A stretch of DNA of 64,000 nt, taken from assembly GCA_903856085.1 (NCBI GenBank), contig CAIOAT010000042.1, positions 4,947 through 68,946 of the forward strand, written 5' to 3'. This DNA comes from Candidatus Omnitrophota bacterium (GTDB lineage Bacteria; Omnitrophota; Omnitrophia; Omnitrophales; Aquincolibacteriaceae). The position numbers were made by a program, and so were the translations under genes. This document shows positions 10,558 through 20,057 of this stretch, piece by piece. The notes under the pieces were generated by a model. That model ran no database searches. It had not been told where the DNA came from and was given only the letters and a program-made list of their open reading frames with translations. Numbering within the stretch: the stretch's first letter is position 1; every line of letters starts with the position of its first letter.

Positions 10558-10794
10558 TTATTTCCGGTGGACCCAGATACGAACTCGATCGAGCTCCTCG
10601 AGAATCTTATCTTCTTTGGCAACAATTTCTTTCTGCCGTTCCTCAAGGGCCGTCATACGGGTCTTGATATCGCTGAGGTCACCCTTTAATTGTTCTCCCC
10701 AGGGCTTCTCTTCAACAGCAAAAAGACTGGGAACAAAAAGAATCACCCCTAACAACAAGGATACGAAAAGGAGCCTACGCCCTGCGAATCTCAT
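10558..10794 (-). CDS. small membrane-anchored coiled-coil protein (FtsB/DivIC-like architecture), hypothetical
   Basis: ATG 10794 verified; TM LLFVSLLLGVILFVPSLFAV followed by a heptad-rich segment; overlaps the upstream gene by 20 nt. Confidence 0.35.
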   Translation of the reverse strand: MRFAGRRLLFVSLLLGVILFVPSLFAVEEKPWGEQLKGDLSDIKTRMTALEERQKEIVAKEDKILEELDRVRIWVHRK

Positions 10795-11821
10795 CGCCTT
10801 CAACGACCTGCTGCTTGGGGTCTTCTTCCAGGAGGGTAGCCGCGGAAAACTTATCATAGAGTTTTTCGATCTGGACTGTTGCGCTCTCCTTGCCCTGCTT
10901 GAGGACCTTCAGCTTGTCCCCCATCTTGAGCCCGGCCTGAAGGCCTTGATTGATGACCACAAAATTAAATTTTCGGTTCACGGTAAGAACCTTGGCGCCC
11001 GTCGTTGACCCTGCCGTGACGGAGGATTCAGGAGTATGAACCTTAGTATCTGTCGTCGTCACGGCCGTAGTGGAAACTTCGGGAGACTGCACAGGTTCTG
11101 CCGTCACCGCTGCAGAAGTTTTCGGTGCGGGTGACACCACGATTGCAGACTCCTCTTTTACGACAGGAACCTCTCTCGTGGTTTCCGCGCTAAAGGGCTC
11201 TGCAGGCGCGACCTGGGCGGCCACGGGCGACGTTGGAGAACTCACGGCAGCGACCGAACTTGTGGAGGCAACGGGCTTGAAAACAAGCTGGGAAGTTCCG
11301 GTCTCAGGGTCGACCGTTGTTGAAACGGATGGCGCAGAAGTCGTTGGACTTGGAACAGATTGTGCCGCGGAAAAAGGATCTGTCTTCAGGTCCGCGGGGG
11401 TCACTCCGCAGGCAGCTTGAGCATCTTTGGCTTTTTTTTCAAGCTCCCCCATCTTCGTCTGAAGCTCCAAAATCATCGCCTGATGGCTCTTAAGCTGTTC
11501 TTCGAGGGCATCCTTTTCGGAATCAATTTGTTGATACTTGGACCTAAGTTTTTTAACCATGCCCTGCATCGCTTCGGCCTTGTTACGATACTCTTGGCTC
11601 TCAGCCGCGACCTGTTCGTTTTCAGCCTTGATTTGTTCCTTCTCGGACTGGACAGTGACCATCTGTTCTTTGACCTGATCGTACTTGGCCTCAACGCTGC
11701 TCCGAACAGTACGTTCTTGAACCCAGCCTTGATACAAAAAATAAGAGCCACCTGCGGCGGCAACAGAAAGAAGAAATGCCAGGATGATACCGATCTTACC
11801 CATAAGAAACCCTTTTCTCAT
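10775..11821 (-). CDS. membrane-anchored coiled-coil protein with S/T/P/A/V-rich linker and C-terminal beta domain, hypothetical
   Basis: N-terminal TM; about 130 aa of coiled coil; low-complexity linker; conserved-looking C-terminal NFVVINQGLQAGLKMGDKLKV domain; first gene of the aroA-mre transcription unit. Confidence 0.55.
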   Translation of the reverse strand: MRKGFLMGKIGIILAFLLSVAAAGGSYFLYQGWVQERTVRSSVEAKYDQVKEQMVTVQSEKEQIKAENEQVAAESQEYRNKAEAMQGMVKKLRSKYQQIDSEKDALEEQLKSHQAMILELQTKMGELEKKAKDAQAACGVTPADLKTDPFSAAQSVPSPTTSAPSVSTTVDPETGTSQLVFKPVASTSSVAAVSSPTSPVAAQVAPAEPFSAETTREVPVVKEESAIVVSPAPKTSAAVTAEPVQSPEVSTTAVTTTDTKVHTPESSVTAGSTTGAKVLTVNRKFNFVVINQGLQAGLKMGDKLKVLKQGKESATVQIEKLYDKFSAATLLEEDPKQQVVEGDEIRRA

Positions 11822-11896
11822 TAACTCTTATCGTAAAATATCACACCACTACAAAATGCGGAATGCCGAAGCTCCTGAGCGCCTTAGTCTCAGGCA

Positions 11897-11932
11897 GGAG
11901 AGGAACCGGAAGAAAACTTCCGATTCCTCTCC
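11897..11932 (-). other. strong stem-loop (15-bp stem with one bulge, AAAA loop) between the SWIB gene and the coiled-coil gene
   Basis: GGAGAGGAAcCGGAAG aaaa CTTCCGaTTCCTCTCC; no flanking U-tract on either strand. Confidence 0.35.
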
Positions 11933-12006
11933 GTCCATCCGACTTTTACATAGACCCTATTCTCCGTCTTGCGACGGCGAACAGGACGATGAAAAACGAA
12001 AGAGGC

Positions 12007-12261
12007 CTAAGAAAGGTGCTTGCTGACGAGTTTGGTCATCTCGAACATATTGACAACCGACTTGCCGCCGAACACAACCTTGAGCGAGGCATCCGCGTTA
12101 ATGTTGCGCTTGTTCGCCTGATCCTGAAGCTTATTCTTCTTGATGTATTCCCAAAGCTTTTTCACGACTTCGCTACGAGGTATCGGACCTTTGCCAACCA
12201 CTACCGCGAGTTCTTCGCTGATCTTCATCGGTTTCATAAACGCTGAGTTCGCTTTCGCCAT
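12007..12261 (-). CDS. SWIB/MDM2 domain protein
   Basis: MAKANSAFMKPMKISEELAVVVGKGPIPRSEVVKKLWEYIKKNKLQD...VVFGGKSVVNMFEMTKLVSKHLS matches the SWIB fold; ATG 12261 verified. Confidence 0.75.
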   Translation of the reverse strand: MAKANSAFMKPMKISEELAVVVGKGPIPRSEVVKKLWEYIKKNKLQDQANKRNINADASLKVVFGGKSVVNMFEMTKLVSKHLS

Positions 12262-12479
12262 AATGCTTTCTCCTTTTGGTTTAAACCGAGTTCCCGCGTC
12301 CGATGTTCCGAACCCGCTCCCACGGCTTTGCTGGGTTAGTATCATACAATACACTTTCAAAGACAACAATAAAGCATTTCTGTTTTTGTTAGTCCCAATT
12401 TCAATCAATTTCATCAAAGATGAAATTGGGCAATCCTTGTCACCATTCAAAAAAAAGAATGCGAGACAAGGATAGGGAA

Positions 12480-12938
12480 CTATTTCGGCTTCGCCAGTAG
12501 AAACTTCAGCTCTTTCATAAAATGGCTTACATCCTGAAAATCACGGTAGACACTGGCAAAACGCACATACGCCACTTGATCGATTTTCGCGAGCCTCTGC
12601 ATGATGAACTCCCCGATGATACGGGACGGAACCTCCCGATCATATTTTTCGCGGATCGTTGTCTCGAGATCATCGGCGACTTTTTCCTGGGTCGCGAGTG
12701 GCACGGGGCGCTTCTCGCAAGCCTTGTAAACCCCGGCGAGAACCTTGGAACGTTCGTACGACTCACGGCGCTGGTCTTTTTTCACCACAAACATCGGGAT
12801 CTCTTCGACCCTCTCATAAGTGGTAAATCGCTTACTGCAGGCCGTGCACTCGCGCCGCCGACGAACCACTTCTCCTTCGTTTGCCGCACGCGAATCGATC
12901 ACCTTATCCGAATCCTGTTTGCAAAAAGGACAACGCAT
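12480..12938 (-). CDS. nrdR: transcriptional repressor NrdR
   Basis: MRCPFCK...C zinc ribbon plus ATP-cone domain. Confidence 0.9.
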   Translation of the reverse strand: MRCPFCKQDSDKVIDSRAANEGEVVRRRRECTACSKRFTTYERVEEIPMFVVKKDQRRESYERSKVLAGVYKACEKRPVPLATQEKVADDLETTIREKYDREVPSRIIGEFIMQRLAKIDQVAYVRFASVYRDFQDVSHFMKELKFLLAKPK

Positions 12939-12953
12939 GCGATCTCTTTTCTT

Positions 12954-14219
12954 TTATTGAAGTTCCGGATAAAGCGGGAACTTTTGAGTCAGGGCTTCGA
13001 CCCGCGAAAGCACTCTGGCGAGATTCGATTCTTCTGCGGGAGCCTTGAGCGTTTCATCAATGAGCTCGGCAATGAGCTCCATTTCCTTTTCTTTCATTCC
13101 ACGCGTCGTCACGGCAGGCGTTCCCAAACGGACCCCGGACCCTTTGAAAGGCGATTCTTTGTCAAACGGGATCATGTTCTTGTTCACCGTGATCTTCACT
13201 TTATCTAACAGCTCCTGGACCTGTTTTCCGTTAAAACCCTTCACCGAGACGTCCACAAGCATAAGATGATTATCCGTACCGCCGGAGACGATCCTCCAAC
13301 CGCGCGCAGCCATCGCGCTCGCAAGCGTCTTGGCATTCCTCACAATCTGGGCACTGTATTCCTTAAACTCGGGACTCAAGGCTTCCTTGAGCGCCACCGC
13401 CTTCGCCGCGATCACATGCATAAGTGGGCCGCCCTGGATACCCGGAAACACGGCGGAATCGATCGCTTTCGCATATTTCTCTTTACAAAGAATCAGACCT
13501 GCTCGGGGCCCGCGGAGCGTTTTATGCGTCGTTGTGGTCACGATATCCGCATACGGCATGGGACTGGGGTGATGCCCCGTAGCCACCAGACCCGCGAAAT
13601 GCGCCATATCCACCATCAGAAGCGCCCCAACTTGATCGGCGATCTTTCGTCCACGCGCAAAATCAATAATTCTCGGATACGCGGAGGCCCCCAAAAGGAT
13701 CATTTTAGGTTTATGCTCTTTAGCCAGCTGCTCTAAGGCATCATAGTCGATCCTCTCGTCTTTGGGGCTGACACCGTAGGGAATGATCGTATAAAATTTC
13801 CCGGAATAATTCATTTTATGACCATGCGACAAATGGCCACCATGCGTCAGATCCATCCCCAGGATCTTGTCCCCCGGTTCCAACAGTGCCATAAAAACTG
13901 CGATGTTAGCCGAGGTTCCGCTGTGGGGTTGGACATTCGCGTGTTCAGCCCCAAAAAGCTGCTTCGCGCGATCGATCGCAAGTTGTTCGACCACATCCAC
14001 ATTTTCGCAGCCACCGTACCAACGCTTTCCAGGATATCCTTCGGCGTACTTATTCGTCAAAACCGAACCCATCGCCTCGAGGACAGAAAGCGAAGTGAAA
14101 TTCTCGCTCGCGATCAGTTCGATATTCTCGTTTTGCCGGCGAACTTCCGCCCGGATAGCGTTATAAATATCCGGATCGGTCTTTTTAAGCTGCGTTTGAT
14201 CGATGATGCTTCTGTTCAT
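12954..14219 (-). CDS. glyA: serine hydroxymethyltransferase
   Basis: [10 protein letters not shown]...[21 protein letters not shown]...HSGTSAN SHMT motifs. Start is ambiguous: ATG 14219 (MNRSIID) or ATG 14249 (MKSVLTK, better SD); both overlap the rpiB 3' end. Confidence 0.9.
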   Translation of the reverse strand: MNRSIIDQTQLKKTDPDIYNAIRAEVRRQNENIELIASENFTSLSVLEAMGSVLTNKYAEGYPGKRWYGGCENVDVVEQLAIDRAKQLFGAEHANVQPHSGTSANIAVFMALLEPGDKILGMDLTHGGHLSHGHKMNYSGKFYTIIPYGVSPKDERIDYDALEQLAKEHKPKMILLGASAYPRIIDFARGRKIADQVGALLMVDMAHFAGLVATGHHPSPMPYADIVTTTTHKTLRGPRAGLILCKEKYAKAIDSAVFPGIQGGPLMHVIAAKAVALKEALSPEFKEYSAQIVRNAKTLASAMAARGWRIVSGGTDNHLMLVDVSVKGFNGKQVQELLDKVKITVNKNMIPFDKESPFKGSGVRLGTPAVTTRGMKEKEMELIAELIDETLKAPAEESNLARVLSRVEALTQKFPLYPELQ

Positions 14220-14655
14220 AAGCCCTAATTTTGTTAACACGGACTTCATGACGTCCCCTTTCAAATGGTGTGTTGAGCCAGGTATCCACGAGCGGAAAGA
14301 TAATGTCTTGCGGCAGAAACCCCGCGCCAAGGATCAGCATGTTGGAATCATTGTGCCCGCGGGAAAGACGCGCTTGTTCGATGTTTTGGCAAAGCGCCGC
14401 GCGAACGCCGTCCACCTTGTTGGCCGCGATCGTACTCCCGATCCCGGTATAGCAGATCCCGATCGCCCGATGACATTCTTTGCTGGCCACTTTTTCGGCG
14501 GCGGCAAAAATAAAATCCGGATAATCGCAGGACTCGTCGGTAAAAGCACCGCAGTCAATAACATCGAAATTCTTGTTCTTAAGAAAATCAATCAACGCAT
14601 TCTTCAGTTGAATGCCGCGGTGATCGGTCGCGATTGCGATCTTAGGTTTCATCAT
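14185..14655 (-). CDS. rpiB: ribose-5-phosphate isomerase B
   Basis: [10 protein letters not shown]...[13 protein letters not shown]...[12 protein letters not shown] RpiB/LacAB family. Confidence 0.85.
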   Translation of the reverse strand: MMKPKIAIATDHRGIQLKNALIDFLKNKNFDVIDCGAFTDESCDYPDFIFAAAEKVASKECHRAIGICYTGIGSTIAANKVDGVRAALCQNIEQARLSRGHNDSNMLILGAGFLPQDIIFPLVDTWLNTPFERGRHEVRVNKIRAYEQKHHRSNAA

Positions 14656-14666
14656 GATTTCCGCCT

Positions 14667-15740
14667 TTAAGGTTGATCCAGCTGAAGGATCTTGTTCATA
14701 TATTGTTTCATTTTCGATTCGATATCAAGCAAGGTCTTCTCGTAAACCTGCACACCCATTCCGATCGGGTCTTCCACATTCAACGTGATCGTTTTTTCCC
14801 TCGCCGAAGGCAGCAGAGCCGCCGCATCCTCCGCATGCTGCGCCGCCATCGCAAGAATCAGATCCGAACTCCACAGATCTCCTTTTCGGCACCGCCGGCT
14901 GCGAAACCCGCTAAAATCGATCTCGCGATTACGCAACACAAGCTCCGCCTCGGGCGTACACGGAAGTCCATCCCGCGCGCTCGTCCCGCAGGAAATAACC
15001 TCGATCTCAGAGGACAACCCTTTTTTCTCAATCTCGTGCTTGAGCCACCCTTCCGCCATCGGGGAACGGCAAGAATTTCCGGTACAAACGATTACGATAC
15101 GCTTGCGCGGGCATTTTCCGGAACTAATCTTTTCGACAGCTCGCTCCACATCCGCGCCTTGCGCCGCTTTGCGGAGAATTACCGGGATTTCTCCCGTGAG
15201 GTCTACCACCGTCGAATCGAGCATCAGCTCGGTCTTACCGCCATCGATCAGTTGATCGAAAGCACCTTGTAATTGCTCAACCACCTGGTTTGCCGTATGC
15301 GGCGATGGCTTCCCGCTCCCGTTCGCGCTAGTCGCGATGAACGGCTCCCCCACCTCCTGGATCAAGGCAAGGGCGATCTTGTTCCTCGGAAATCTGATCC
15401 CGATCTTTTGGCCAACAAGGTCCGGAACCACCATCGTCACGGGCCCCGGCCAAAACTGCCGTGCCATCGTACGAACGAGCGGTGTTTTCTTGACCTTGAG
15501 CCGATCGAGCATCCCCCAATCGCTCACATGATAGGAAAATGGTTTTGCGTCCGAACGCCCTTTGATCTCACGAAGTCTCTTTTCAATCTCCGGAGCGCTC
15601 ATCTTTCCGCCGATTCCATAAACCGTTTCCGTGGGGAACGCAATGATCTTGCCCTCTTTGCAGGCGTTGGCGACCTCCCGGATACGTTTCATATCCGGAT
15701 CATGACTATCGATCTTGATCACTCCAGGCGTTACCATCAC
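14667..15740 (-). CDS. tsaC: fusion protein: L-threonylcarbamoyladenylate synthase (TsaC/Sua5/YrdC domain) plus low-molecular-weight protein tyrosine/arginine phosphatase
   Basis: N-terminal AFPTETVYGIGG YrdC signature; C-terminal VCTGNSCRSPMAEG LMW-PTP P-loop CX5R(S) in one continuous ORF. Confidence 0.8.
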   Translation of the reverse strand: MMVTPGVIKIDSHDPDMKRIREVANACKEGKIIAFPTETVYGIGGKMSAPEIEKRLREIKGRSDAKPFSYHVSDWGMLDRLKVKKTPLVRTMARQFWPGPVTMVVPDLVGQKIGIRFPRNKIALALIQEVGEPFIATSANGSGKPSPHTANQVVEQLQGAFDQLIDGGKTELMLDSTVVDLTGEIPVILRKAAQGADVERAVEKISSGKCPRKRIVIVCTGNSCRSPMAEGWLKHEIEKKGLSSEIEVISCGTSARDGLPCTPEAELVLRNREIDFSGFRSRRCRKGDLWSSDLILAMAAQHAEDAAALLPSAREKTITLNVEDPIGMGVQVYEKTLLDIESKMKQYMNKILQLDQP

Positions 15741-15771
15741 GATGCGTCAAACCCTCCGCATATTGTCTTGA

Positions 15772-15797
15772 GCTTATTCTGCTACCGGAATAAGCTA
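15772..15797 (-). other. stem-loop 3' of purE (9-bp stem AGCTTATTC/GAATAAGCT), possible atypical terminator
   Basis: Inverted repeat seen in sequence; no U-tract. Confidence 0.3.
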
Positions 15798-15842
15798 AGC
15801 ATCGAGCCTACCGTGAAAAACAATAGGGTCGAGGAATTCTGT

Positions 15843-16346
15843 CTATTTCTGAATCTTTTCCTGCAATTTTTTGTTCTTCTCCCGGCTGCTTTCCACCAAA
15901 GAATCTTTAAATTTCCGGAGTTTCTCCGCCAATTTTGCGTCCGAAAGAGCCAGGATCTGCACCGCCAAAAGACCTGCGTTGCGCGCACCGGGTTTTCCCA
16001 CCGCCACGGTCGCCACTGGCACTCCAGCCGGCATCTGAACCGTCGCCAAAAGCGCGTCCAAACCATTCATCTGAGTCGCCGCCAACGGAACCCCGATCAC
16101 CGGCAAGATCGTATTGGCAGCCACAGCCCCTGCCAAATGTGCGGCCCCGCCGGCTCCAGCAATAATAACTTTCAGACCCTTTTGCGTCGCTTGAATCGCA
16201 AAATCAGCGACAAGGATTGGTGTGCGGTGCGCCGAAAGCACTTGCATCTCGAAGCTCACCCCGAAATCTTTGAGCACTTCCGCGCATTCCTGCATCACTT
16301 CCAGGTCCGAATCACTTCCCATCACGATCGAAACAAGTTCGTTCAT
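15843..16346 (-). CDS. purE: 5-(carboxyamino)imidazole ribonucleotide mutase / AIR carboxylase
   Basis: IVMGSDSD...LSAHRTP PurE motifs; ATG 16346 verified; ATGA overlap with purD. Confidence 0.9.
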   Translation of the reverse strand: MNELVSIVMGSDSDLEVMQECAEVLKDFGVSFEMQVLSAHRTPILVADFAIQATQKGLKVIIAGAGGAAHLAGAVAANTILPVIGVPLAATQMNGLDALLATVQMPAGVPVATVAVGKPGARNAGLLAVQILALSDAKLAEKLRKFKDSLVESSREKNKKLQEKIQK

Positions 16347-17623
16347 CGCAGCACCTCTATGGCCTTTTGGCCTATGTCGCGGCGGCAAAAACCGCCCTCG
16401 AAATGAATTTGTGGGATCACTTGATAAACACGTTCATGCGCTGCCTTGAGCGTATCACCCCAGGCTGTTACGGCCAACACGCGCCCCCCGGCTGTCACGA
16501 CCTGCTTTTGTGCGTTGAATGCCGTTCCCGCGTGAAAAATCGCCACATCCTCGTGCCCCCTCACAGAATCAAGCCCCCGGATCTGGAAACCTTTTTCATA
16601 AGAACCTGGATACCCGCCTGAGGCCATCACGACTGTAATACACGCCTTGTCATACCATTCAAGAGTTTCCGTTTCCAAGCATCCATTGGCGATCTGCACC
16701 ATAACAGGCAAAAGATCGGAGCACAGACGCGGCAAGATCACCTCCGTCTCGGGATCCCCGAACCGGCAATTGTATTCAAGCACAAACGGTCCTTCTTTGG
16801 TCATCATAATTCCGGCATAAAGAACGCCACGATAAGACATCCCGTCTCCAGCCATTCCCTCAAGGATCGGACGCACCGCGATATCGATAATACTCCCGAT
16901 CTCAGACTCTGGGATCTTCATGCTCGGTGAAAAAGCACCCATGCCTCCCGTGTTCGGACCTCGGTCATGGTCATACGCCCTTTTGTGGTCTCGCGCACTC
17001 GCCAGAGGAATGATCTTTTTCCCATCCGTCAGCACGAGAATCGAAAGCTCCTCACCTTCGAGCTTCTTTTCGATAATGACCTTGGAGCCCGCATTCCCGA
17101 AGATTTTTTCATCCATCATTTGTGTCAATGTCGCGACCGCGTGCTCGGAACTCTCGCAAATCACCACACCCTTACCCGCCGCGAGACCATCCGCCTTGAT
17201 CACAATCGGCATTTCCGATTCAATGACATAATGCTTGGCTTCTTTCACATTCGTGAAGATCTCGTAGTCGGCCGTAGGCACGCCATATTTGGTCATGATC
17301 TCCTTGGAAAAAGCCTTACTGCCTTCGAGGAGTGCGGTATCTTTAGAAGGACCGAAAAGCAACAATCCATTGTCACGAAACACATCTCCGATTCCCGCGA
17401 CCAGAGGAACTTCGGGACCCACCACGGTCAGATCGATCTTTTCACGAAGCGCAAATTCCAAAAGGCCATTGATATCATCTGAAGCAATGGAAACGCATTC
17501 CGCATGTTGGCTGATCCCGGCATTCCCCGGAGCGGCATAAAGCTTTGTGAGAAGCGGACTCTGGGCAATCTTCCATGCAAGCGCATGCTCTCTACCGCCG
17601 GAACCGATTAAAAGGACTTTCAT
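16343..17623 (-). CDS. purD: phosphoribosylamine-glycine ligase
   Basis: MKVLLIGSGGREHALAWK... GARS ATP-grasp. Confidence 0.9.
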   Translation of the reverse strand: MKVLLIGSGGREHALAWKIAQSPLLTKLYAAPGNAGISQHAECVSIASDDINGLLEFALREKIDLTVVGPEVPLVAGIGDVFRDNGLLLFGPSKDTALLEGSKAFSKEIMTKYGVPTADYEIFTNVKEAKHYVIESEMPIVIKADGLAAGKGVVICESSEHAVATLTQMMDEKIFGNAGSKVIIEKKLEGEELSILVLTDGKKIIPLASARDHKRAYDHDRGPNTGGMGAFSPSMKIPESEIGSIIDIAVRPILEGMAGDGMSYRGVLYAGIMMTKEGPFVLEYNCRFGDPETEVILPRLCSDLLPVMVQIANGCLETETLEWYDKACITVVMASGGYPGSYEKGFQIRGLDSVRGHEDVAIFHAGTAFNAQKQVVTAGGRVLAVTAWGDTLKAAHERVYQVIPQIHFEGGFCRRDIGQKAIEVLR

Positions 17624-18639
17624 GCGACCGTAACCCCGCTTTGTTTTGTGATCTTACCAACGACCCAGGAACTCAATTTAAAACTCTTTAGAACCTTTTG
17701 CGCAGACTGCACATGACGTTTTTCAAGGATCACCACCATCCCGACGCCCATATTGAAGGTTTTGTACATTTCATGGTCAGAAATACCACCAGCTTTTTGG
17801 GCAACACGGAAGATCTCCGGAACTTCCCATGAATTCCGGTCCAAGCTTGCGCCCAATCCTTTCGGGATCACACGCGGCAAATTGTCATAAAAACCGCCTC
17901 CGGTGATATTGACGATGCCTTTCACCGGCAATTGCTGCACAAGCGCCAGGACCGGTTTCACATAGATGATGGTCGGCGTGAGAAGCTTGCGTCCGACATT
18001 ACCTCTCAGCTCTTTTTCAGAGAAAATCTTTCTTAGAAGCGAATATCCATTCGAATGAAATCCTGACGATTGGATGCCGAGAATGACATCCCCCGCTTTA
18101 ATCTTCTTTCCGGTCACGACCTTCTTACGGTCCACCGCGCCGACTGAAAACCCGGCGACATCATACTGCGCCGCAAGCGTTTTTTTCTTGTCGGTGTAAA
18201 ATCCCGGCATGATGGCTGTTTCGCCGCCCACGAGCGCGCAACCGGACTGCCGGCAACCTTCGGTGACTCCTTTGAGGACCTCCCCGATCACATGCGTCTG
18301 GAATTTCCCGGAAGCATAATAATCCAAAAAGAAAAGCGGGCGCGCCCCGGAAGTAATGAGATCGTTCACGCACATAGCGACAAGATCAATTCCAATCGTG
18401 TCGTGTTTATCGAGAAGCCGCGCGAGTTCCAACTTGGTCCCCACCCCATCGGTCGAGGCTACAAGCAGCGGGTCCTTGATGCCGGTCTTCTTGAGATCAA
18501 AAAGTGAGGCAAACCCAAGCGTGTCCCCACAAACGCCCGGAGTATGGGTTGAGCGGATAAGACCCGCTATCTTCCGGTTGTACGCAGGATCACCTTTCAG
18601 ATGCGGCACTCCCGCCTTTTCGTAGGTCCAGGCGCTCAT
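17620..18639 (-). CDS. purM: phosphoribosylformylglycinamidine cyclo-ligase (AIR synthetase)
   Basis: VASTDGVGTKL PurM motif; ATG 18639 chosen over the upstream TTG. Confidence 0.9.
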   Translation of the reverse strand: MSAWTYEKAGVPHLKGDPAYNRKIAGLIRSTHTPGVCGDTLGFASLFDLKKTGIKDPLLVASTDGVGTKLELARLLDKHDTIGIDLVAMCVNDLITSGARPLFFLDYYASGKFQTHVIGEVLKGVTEGCRQSGCALVGGETAIMPGFYTDKKKTLAAQYDVAGFSVGAVDRKKVVTGKKIKAGDVILGIQSSGFHSNGYSLLRKIFSEKELRGNVGRKLLTPTIIYVKPVLALVQQLPVKGIVNITGGGFYDNLPRVIPKGLGASLDRNSWEVPEIFRVAQKAGGISDHEMYKTFNMGVGMVVILEKRHVQSAQKVLKSFKLSSWVVGKITKQSGVTVA

Positions 18640-20057
18640 ATTTTGCAGCAATTCCTTTTGTGCTCCAGTTTATACTTGTCATCCGCATCATAGATCTTGG
18701 TCGGGTATTTCCCCGTAAAACAGGCTGCACAAAAATCCTTCGGGTCCTGCGTCGTCGAACCAAGCATCCCCTCAAGGCTCAGATACCCGAGCGTATCCAC
18801 ATTAAGGAACTTCGTGATCTCCTCGATGCTTTTATTGGCCGCCAAGAGTTCTTTCTTCGACGGAAAATCGATCCCATAAAAACAAGGAGAAACATGAGGC
18901 GGACAGCTAATCCGCATATGCACTTCCTTAGCGCCGGCACTCCTCAAAAGTTTCACGCGGTTCTTTGCCGTGTTCCCGCGCACGATCGAATCATCGACCA
19001 CGATCACGCGTTTGCCAGCCACGACCTGACGAATCGGATTCAGTTTGATCTTCACTTTGAGAATGCGCCCCGCTTCTGAAGGGCTAAGGAATGTTCGCCC
19101 GATATAATGGTTACGGATGAACCCATGGGAAAACGGTATCCCTGATTCCCTCGAATAGCCCAAGGCCGCAAAACTTCCGGAGTCCGGCACCGGGATCACG
19201 ATATCCGCGTCTACGGGATGCTCTTTGGCAAGCTGACACCCCAATTTTTCGCGCACAAGTCCCACGCTATCGTGGAAAATGTTCGAATCCGGCCGAGCGA
19301 AATAGACGTGCTCAAAAATGCACTGCGCTTTAGCGATCTTTTCATCCTTAAAAGGAAAATGGCTGCGAATCCCCTTACTGTCAATCACGACGACTTCGCC
19401 CGGCTCGATCTCGCGAACAAACTCCGCTTCGATCAGATCGAACGCGCAGGTCTCAGATGCGAGCACGTAGCTCTGCCCTAATTTCCCGAGGCAAAGAGGC
19501 CTAAACCCGTGCGGATCGCGAACTCCGAACAAATGATCTTCGGTCAGAAGAACCAGACTAAACGCACCTTTCGCACGCTTTGCCGCTTCGATAACACCCT
19601 CTTCGTGAGACCGATAGGACGGCTTGGCGATCATGTGGACAAAAACCTCGGAATCAATGGTGCTCCCGAAAATGGATCCGTAAGCCTCCAACTCCGCACG
19701 CAAGATCTGCGCGTTCACAAGATTTCCGTTATGCGCGATGGCAATCTGCCCGCGCGAATAATCAACTTTGTAAGGCTGCGCATTCAAAAGCGTCGAGGCC
19801 CCGGTCGTGGAGTAGCGAACATGGCCGATGGCATTTTTTCCGGGGAGCTGCGCAAACGAGGCTTCGTCAAACGCCTCCCCCACATGCCCCATTTTCTTGA
19901 CTAGATAAAGGTCGGAACTGTCGCTTGTGCAAATACCGGCCGCTTCTTCGCCTCGATGCTGAAGCGCAAAAAGCCCAAGCTGCGTGATCTGCGCCGCTTG
20001 AGGATGATTGTAGATACCGAAGATACCGCAATGGTGCTTGATATTTTCGCCACCCAT
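18636..20057 (-). CDS. purF: amidophosphoribosyltransferase
   Basis: N-terminal ...HHCGIFGI Ntn-glutaminase domain followed by a PRTase domain. Confidence 0.9.
   Translation of the reverse strand: MGGENIKHHCGIFGIYNHPQAAQITQLGLFALQHRGEEAAGICTSDSSDLYLVKKMGHVGEAFDEASFAQLPGKNAIGHVRYSTTGASTLLNAQPYKVDYSRGQIAIAHNGNLVNAQILRAELEAYGSIFGSTIDSEVFVHMIAKPSYRSHEEGVIEAAKRAKGAFSLVLLTEDHLFGVRDPHGFRPLCLGKLGQSYVLASETCAFDLIEAEFVREIEPGEVVVIDSKGIRSHFPFKDEKIAKAQCIFEHVYFARPDSNIFHDSVGLVREKLGCQLAKEHPVDADIVIPVPDSGSFAALGYSRESGIPFSHGFIRNHYIGRTFLSPSEAGRILKVKIKLNPIRQVVAGKRVIVVDDSIVRGNTAKNRVKLLRSAGAKEVHMRISCPPHVSPCFYGIDFPSKKELLAANKSIEEITKFLNVDTLGYLSLEGMLGSTTQDPKDFCAACFTGKYPTKIYDADDKYKLEHKRNCCKI

Noticed and set aside
12262-12450. 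N-terminal extension of the SWIB ORF
   Set aside because: SWIB homology starts at MAKANSAF with a verified ATG 12261; the upstream residues are low-complexity.
15273-16406. 377-aa plus-strand ORF
   Set aside because: Antisense to purE and the tsaC-PTP fusion; R/H-rich low-complexity translation; no homology.
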